IMG/VR virus record: IMGVR_UViG_3300020594_000001
Span: 45,600-109,599 of that record
Reading direction: 5' to 3' (one strand)
Length of the DNA: 64,000 nt
Origin: a virus
Lineage: Duplodnaviria > Heunggongvirae > Uroviricota > Caudoviricetes
The position numbers and the translations under genes were made by a program. The notes beneath the pieces are model-generated. The model did not search any database and was not told the DNA's origin. It worked only from the letters and a program-made list of their open reading frames with translations. Position 1 is the first letter of the stretch; each line of letters starts with the position of its first letter. Positions 61,426 to 64,000 of this stretch are shown piece after piece.

Positions 61426-62073
61426 GTGCCAGTGGAGCCGCACATGAACATAAATCAGCTTCCAGGCAAGTGGCGTTGCACACTTTTACAACAATCTCCG
61501 ATCTGGGGCAGGCCGGTCGACAGCATTTCCCACCTCGATTTGCGCATTTTTCTGCGCCAACACTGGGGCACGCAGTCGTATAACCACGCTCTTGCCGAGG
61601 TGGGAGACCTTATCAGCGTGGTTTGGGACGCTATGCTTGCGGGCGCTATAGAGGGTGCCCCGAAGATCATTTATTTCGAGCCGCCCTCGCCCAGGTTGAC
61701 CGTCGACGAACTTATCGCATGGCTGAGCAATGCATCGATTGAGCGGCGTAGGGCAATTTTGTTCGCCCTGGAAGCAAAGCGCTCGATTAAAGAAACGGTG
61801 GAGCTTTGTCACGATGACCTGCGTTCAATGAAATTAAGCCCGTTGGCAAGTGACATAGTGCGCTCGATGGTTAGGAACCTGCATCTGGACTACGTCTTTT
61901 GGGAACGCTCGGCGCTTACGGGCAAGCCAATGCCTCTGATCGGGCTGGCAGATTCAGTCACCGACGTAAGCCAGGGGATCGGGTTTGATGCCCTACGACG
62001 CCTTTACGACGATCTTCTGGTTGTGGATCGGCATGCAGACCTTCGTAGCTTCGCCACGCTCGTATATCACTAA
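61426..62073 (+). CDS. hypothetical protein, 215 aa
   Basis: Plus-strand ORF 6 nt after the regulator. Confidence 0.4.
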   Translation: MPVEPHMNINQLPGKWRCTLLQQSPIWGRPVDSISHLDLRIFLRQHWGTQSYNHALAEVGDLISVVWDAMLAGAIEGAPKIIYFEPPSPRLTVDELIAWLSNASIERRRAILFALEAKRSIKETVELCHDDLRSMKLSPLASDIVRSMVRNLHLDYVFWERSALTGKPMPLIGLADSVTDVSQGIGFDALRRLYDDLLVVDRHADLRSFATLVYH

Positions 62074-62098
62074 AAGTAAGCACTTACTATAAATTGGG
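62073..62098 (+). promoter_or_regulatory. phage motif AAGTAAGCACTTACTATAAATTGGG in plus orientation upstream of the excisionase gene
   Basis: Intergenic, 21 bp before the ATG at 62119. Confidence 0.45.
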
Positions 62099-62118
62099 AT
62101 GTCCTGATTGGAGTCCCA

Positions 62119-62412
62119 ATGAGCCCTACCGAAATTGTTCTGAAGCAGTTCCCCAATCGTGTTTCTTTGTCTGTGGCAGAAGCGGGCGCGGCCCTGGGCT
62201 ACGCTCGCCAAACCACCTACAACCTGAAAGCGAAAGGGAAATTTCCCGTCAGGATCAGCTTCGCGGGCAAGACTCCGATCGTCCATCTGCACGACCTCAT
62301 CAGCTTCCTAGAGGGCTTTCCCGCTTCGAACGATTCCAACTTCACCCCAGCACCCAAGAAGAAAGGGCGTCCCTCGAAAGCGGACGCCCTTCGCAAAGCA
62401 GGGGTGATCTAA
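62119..62412 (+). CDS. AlpA/Xis-family excisionase or DNA-binding protein
   Basis: LSVAEAGAALGYARQTTYNLKAKGKFP is a MerR-like winged HTH of the AlpA type. It overlaps the int stop. Confidence 0.6.
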   Translation: MSPTEIVLKQFPNRVSLSVAEAGAALGYARQTTYNLKAKGKFPVRISFAGKTPIVHLHDLISFLEGFPASNDSNFTPAPKKKGRPSKADALRKAGVI

Positions 62413-63506
62413 GCGACTTTCGTTGCTTCGCTGCGGTTGGCGGCGACTCGCTCCGCCATCTTCTGAGCCAAGAATTTGGCGTTCAAATGAGTGTATCGCC
62501 TCAGCTGACGGTAGTCACGGTGCCCAGTAACTGCCGCTGCCTCCACTAAGCTCATACCCAAGTCTTCGAAAAGTCTGCTCGTCGCTTCATGGCGCGCGTC
62601 ATGCAGACGCAAATCTTTGAATAGTTGTGGGTCGGGGGCGATGCCCTGCTCCAGACACTCTTTCTCATAGATTTCTCGGGCACGCTTTCGCGCACGACCA
62701 AATGCCTGGGTAAGCGAGTCAGCTGCCACACCAAAAACCCTTCCTTCCTTGCGATCCCCGATAACTTCGCGTAGCACTTCTGCAACACCGGGCAGGATCG
62801 GAATCGTTCGATCATCGCCATTCTTGGTGTCGGGCAAAAACACTGTCGCGTCTCGTAGGTTAACGTGCGGGATTTCCATTTCAGCAGCTTCACCTCGGCG
62901 CATCGCGCTATTAACCGCCACATAGAGAAACGCTTTGAGCGCTGGTGAATTGCTTGCCTCGACGATCTTTGTATATTCATAGTCCGCCTCGTTCATTTCA
63001 CAAACGAAACGCCTGGTTCGCCCCTTTGGGGCGGCGGGGCGTTTAAGACCTTCTATGGGATTCTTGAGGCCCTTGAAGTCGTTGCATTCCGATATGGCGA
63101 AGTTATAGAACGACGAAATCATCCCTAACTCGCGAATGACTGTCCCTTTGGACACCGTCAGCAGTCGAGTGTTTCGGTATTCGCGAAAATCGGACAATCC
63201 ACAATCGAGCAACTCTTTGCGCGCCAAGGGCAATCTCTTCAGCCGCAAGATGAAGTTGAGCTCCTGCTTTGCACCCTTTTTGGACGGCACGGCCTTCTCC
63301 TGGCAATAGTCCAAAAGGTCGTAGAGCCGCTTTCCCTTAAGGTGCCGCATGTCGACAAAGGTCTTTTCCTTAATCGCCTTCTCAGTCTGTTCCGCCCATT
63401 CTTCTGCTTCGCGGCGGGTGGGGAAGGTTTCTGATAACGACGGGGTGCCCTTAACCCGCACCTTTGCCCTGAACTGGTATGGGCCACGCTCTTCAATGAC
63501 AGCCAT
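62409..63506 (-). CDS. int: tyrosine-type phage integrase
   Basis: C-terminal catalytic motifs LHDARHEA and TGHRDYRQLRRYTHL (R..H..R..Y); adjacent to a tRNA. Confidence 0.85.
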   Translation of the reverse strand: MAVIEERGPYQFRAKVRVKGTPSLSETFPTRREAEEWAEQTEKAIKEKTFVDMRHLKGKRLYDLLDYCQEKAVPSKKGAKQELNFILRLKRLPLARKELLDCGLSDFREYRNTRLLTVSKGTVIRELGMISSFYNFAISECNDFKGLKNPIEGLKRPAAPKGRTRRFVCEMNEADYEYTKIVEASNSPALKAFLYVAVNSAMRRGEAAEMEIPHVNLRDATVFLPDTKNGDDRTIPILPGVAEVLREVIGDRKEGRVFGVAADSLTQAFGRARKRAREIYEKECLEQGIAPDPQLFKDLRLHDARHEATSRLFEDLGMSLVEAAAVTGHRDYRQLRRYTHLNAKFLAQKMAERVAANRSEATKVA

Positions 63507-63590
63507 AGCTCAATCTCCGATAAAAAAGTCTTCGCTTTGTTATAGGAGTCGCTGTCCCAAAAGTGTCCCAAATAATGTGCTAACTGGCTC

Positions 63591-63630
63591 TAAAAGCAAA
63601 AATGCACTTAGGGGAATTAACCCTAAGTGC
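63591..63630 (-). terminator. rho-independent terminator downstream of tRNA-Val
   Basis: On the minus strand the perfect 10-bp hairpin GCACTTAGGG-TTAATTC-CCCTAAGTGC is followed by ATTTTTGCTTTTA. Confidence 0.55.
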
Positions 63631-63652
63631 ATGATTTTGCGTAACTTCTAAG

Positions 63653-63728
63653 TGGTGGGTGCTACAGGGGTCGAACCTGTGACCTACGCCTTGTAAGGGC
63701 GCCGCTCTACCAACTGAGCTAAGCACCC
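63653..63728 (-). tRNA. tRNA-Val (anticodon TAC)
   Basis: Manual cloverleaf on the minus strand, GGGTGCTTAGCTCAGTTGGTAGAGCGGCGCCCTTACAAGGCGTAGGTCACAGGTTCGACCCCTGTAGCACCCACCA, with an encoded CCA. Confidence 0.85.
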
Positions 63729-63887
63729 CGGGGCCATCTGCAGCGGGCAAACACGCAACGTGCCTGCCCGGCGATATTGCCATGCGAACCTGCCAAGGTT
63801 TACCCCGTTCAGGTTCGCCTTTTTGGGGCCACTTCGTGCCAAAAAAGCCTAAGGATTATAGCCCGCTGGCCCTAGGCACGCAAACGC

Positions 63888-64000
63888 TTAGTTGACGGCG
63901 TCTTTCAGGGCCTTGCCAGGACGGAACTTGGGCACGCGAGCCTTCTTGATCTTGATGGCTTCGCCGGTGCGCGGGTTGCGGCCGGTGCGGGCGGCGCGCT
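63888..64000 (-). CDS. host HU/IHF-family DNA-binding protein, C-terminal part (gene continues beyond the window)
   Basis: Translation ...[33 protein letters not shown] in a GC-rich, host-like flank. Confidence 0.6.
   Translation of the reverse strand, partial: RAARTGRNPRTGEAIKIKKARVPKFRPGKALKDAVN

Noticed and set aside
63787-63830. Hairpin GCGAACCTG...CAGGTTCGC followed by TTTTT on the plus strand as a terminator for a phage gene
   Set aside because: It lies in host-side DNA between tRNA-Val and the host HU gene. On the plus strand nothing phage-derived is transcribed into it. It is probably a host terminator and is not informative about the element.

Overview
This 64-kb window is almost entirely the non-structural part of a large temperate phage or prophage, about 57% GC. 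Its right end is integrated next to a tRNA-Val gene (63653..63728, minus strand). The module there is tyrosine integrase, AlpA-type excisionase and an HTH regulator. From 63.8 kb onward the sequence is much more GC-rich, host-like DNA carrying a partial HU gene. More than 120 genes between 0.1 and 61 kb lie on the minus strand in one co-directional array. I recognise no capsid, tail or terminase genes, and the element continues past the left edge. Recognisable functions are DNA and nucleotide metabolism: NrdA/NrdB, ThyX, MazG, Pol III alpha (DnaE), a DnaQ-like exonuclease, a RecA-like ATPase, a 5'-3' FEN exonuclease, SbcCD, a RuvC-like resolvase, HU, RtcB RNA ligase, a CobS/CobT-like AAA+/vWA pair, an HflC-like SPFH protein, and a sigma-70 family sigma factor with a Cys-rich downstream partner. 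The observations I rank highest are these. (1) A circularly permuted two-piece tmRNA gene sits inside the phage gene array. (2) Two related phage-specific sequence motifs recur: a ~45-nt leader ending AGGTAAACATCATG before at least 13 genes, and a palindromic AGTAAGCGCTCACTATA element at about 12 intergenic sites. (3) A 1.1-kb non-coding region carries iterons, GCCGAACA repeats and a pyrimidine-rich tract, and may be an origin. (4) tRNA-like hairpins flanked by long inverted repeats lie in the 3' UTR downstream of the tmRNA. (5) A consensus LexA box lies just upstream of a small divergently transcribed gene (ATG 11 bp downstream). There is no CRISPR array and no reverse transcriptase.
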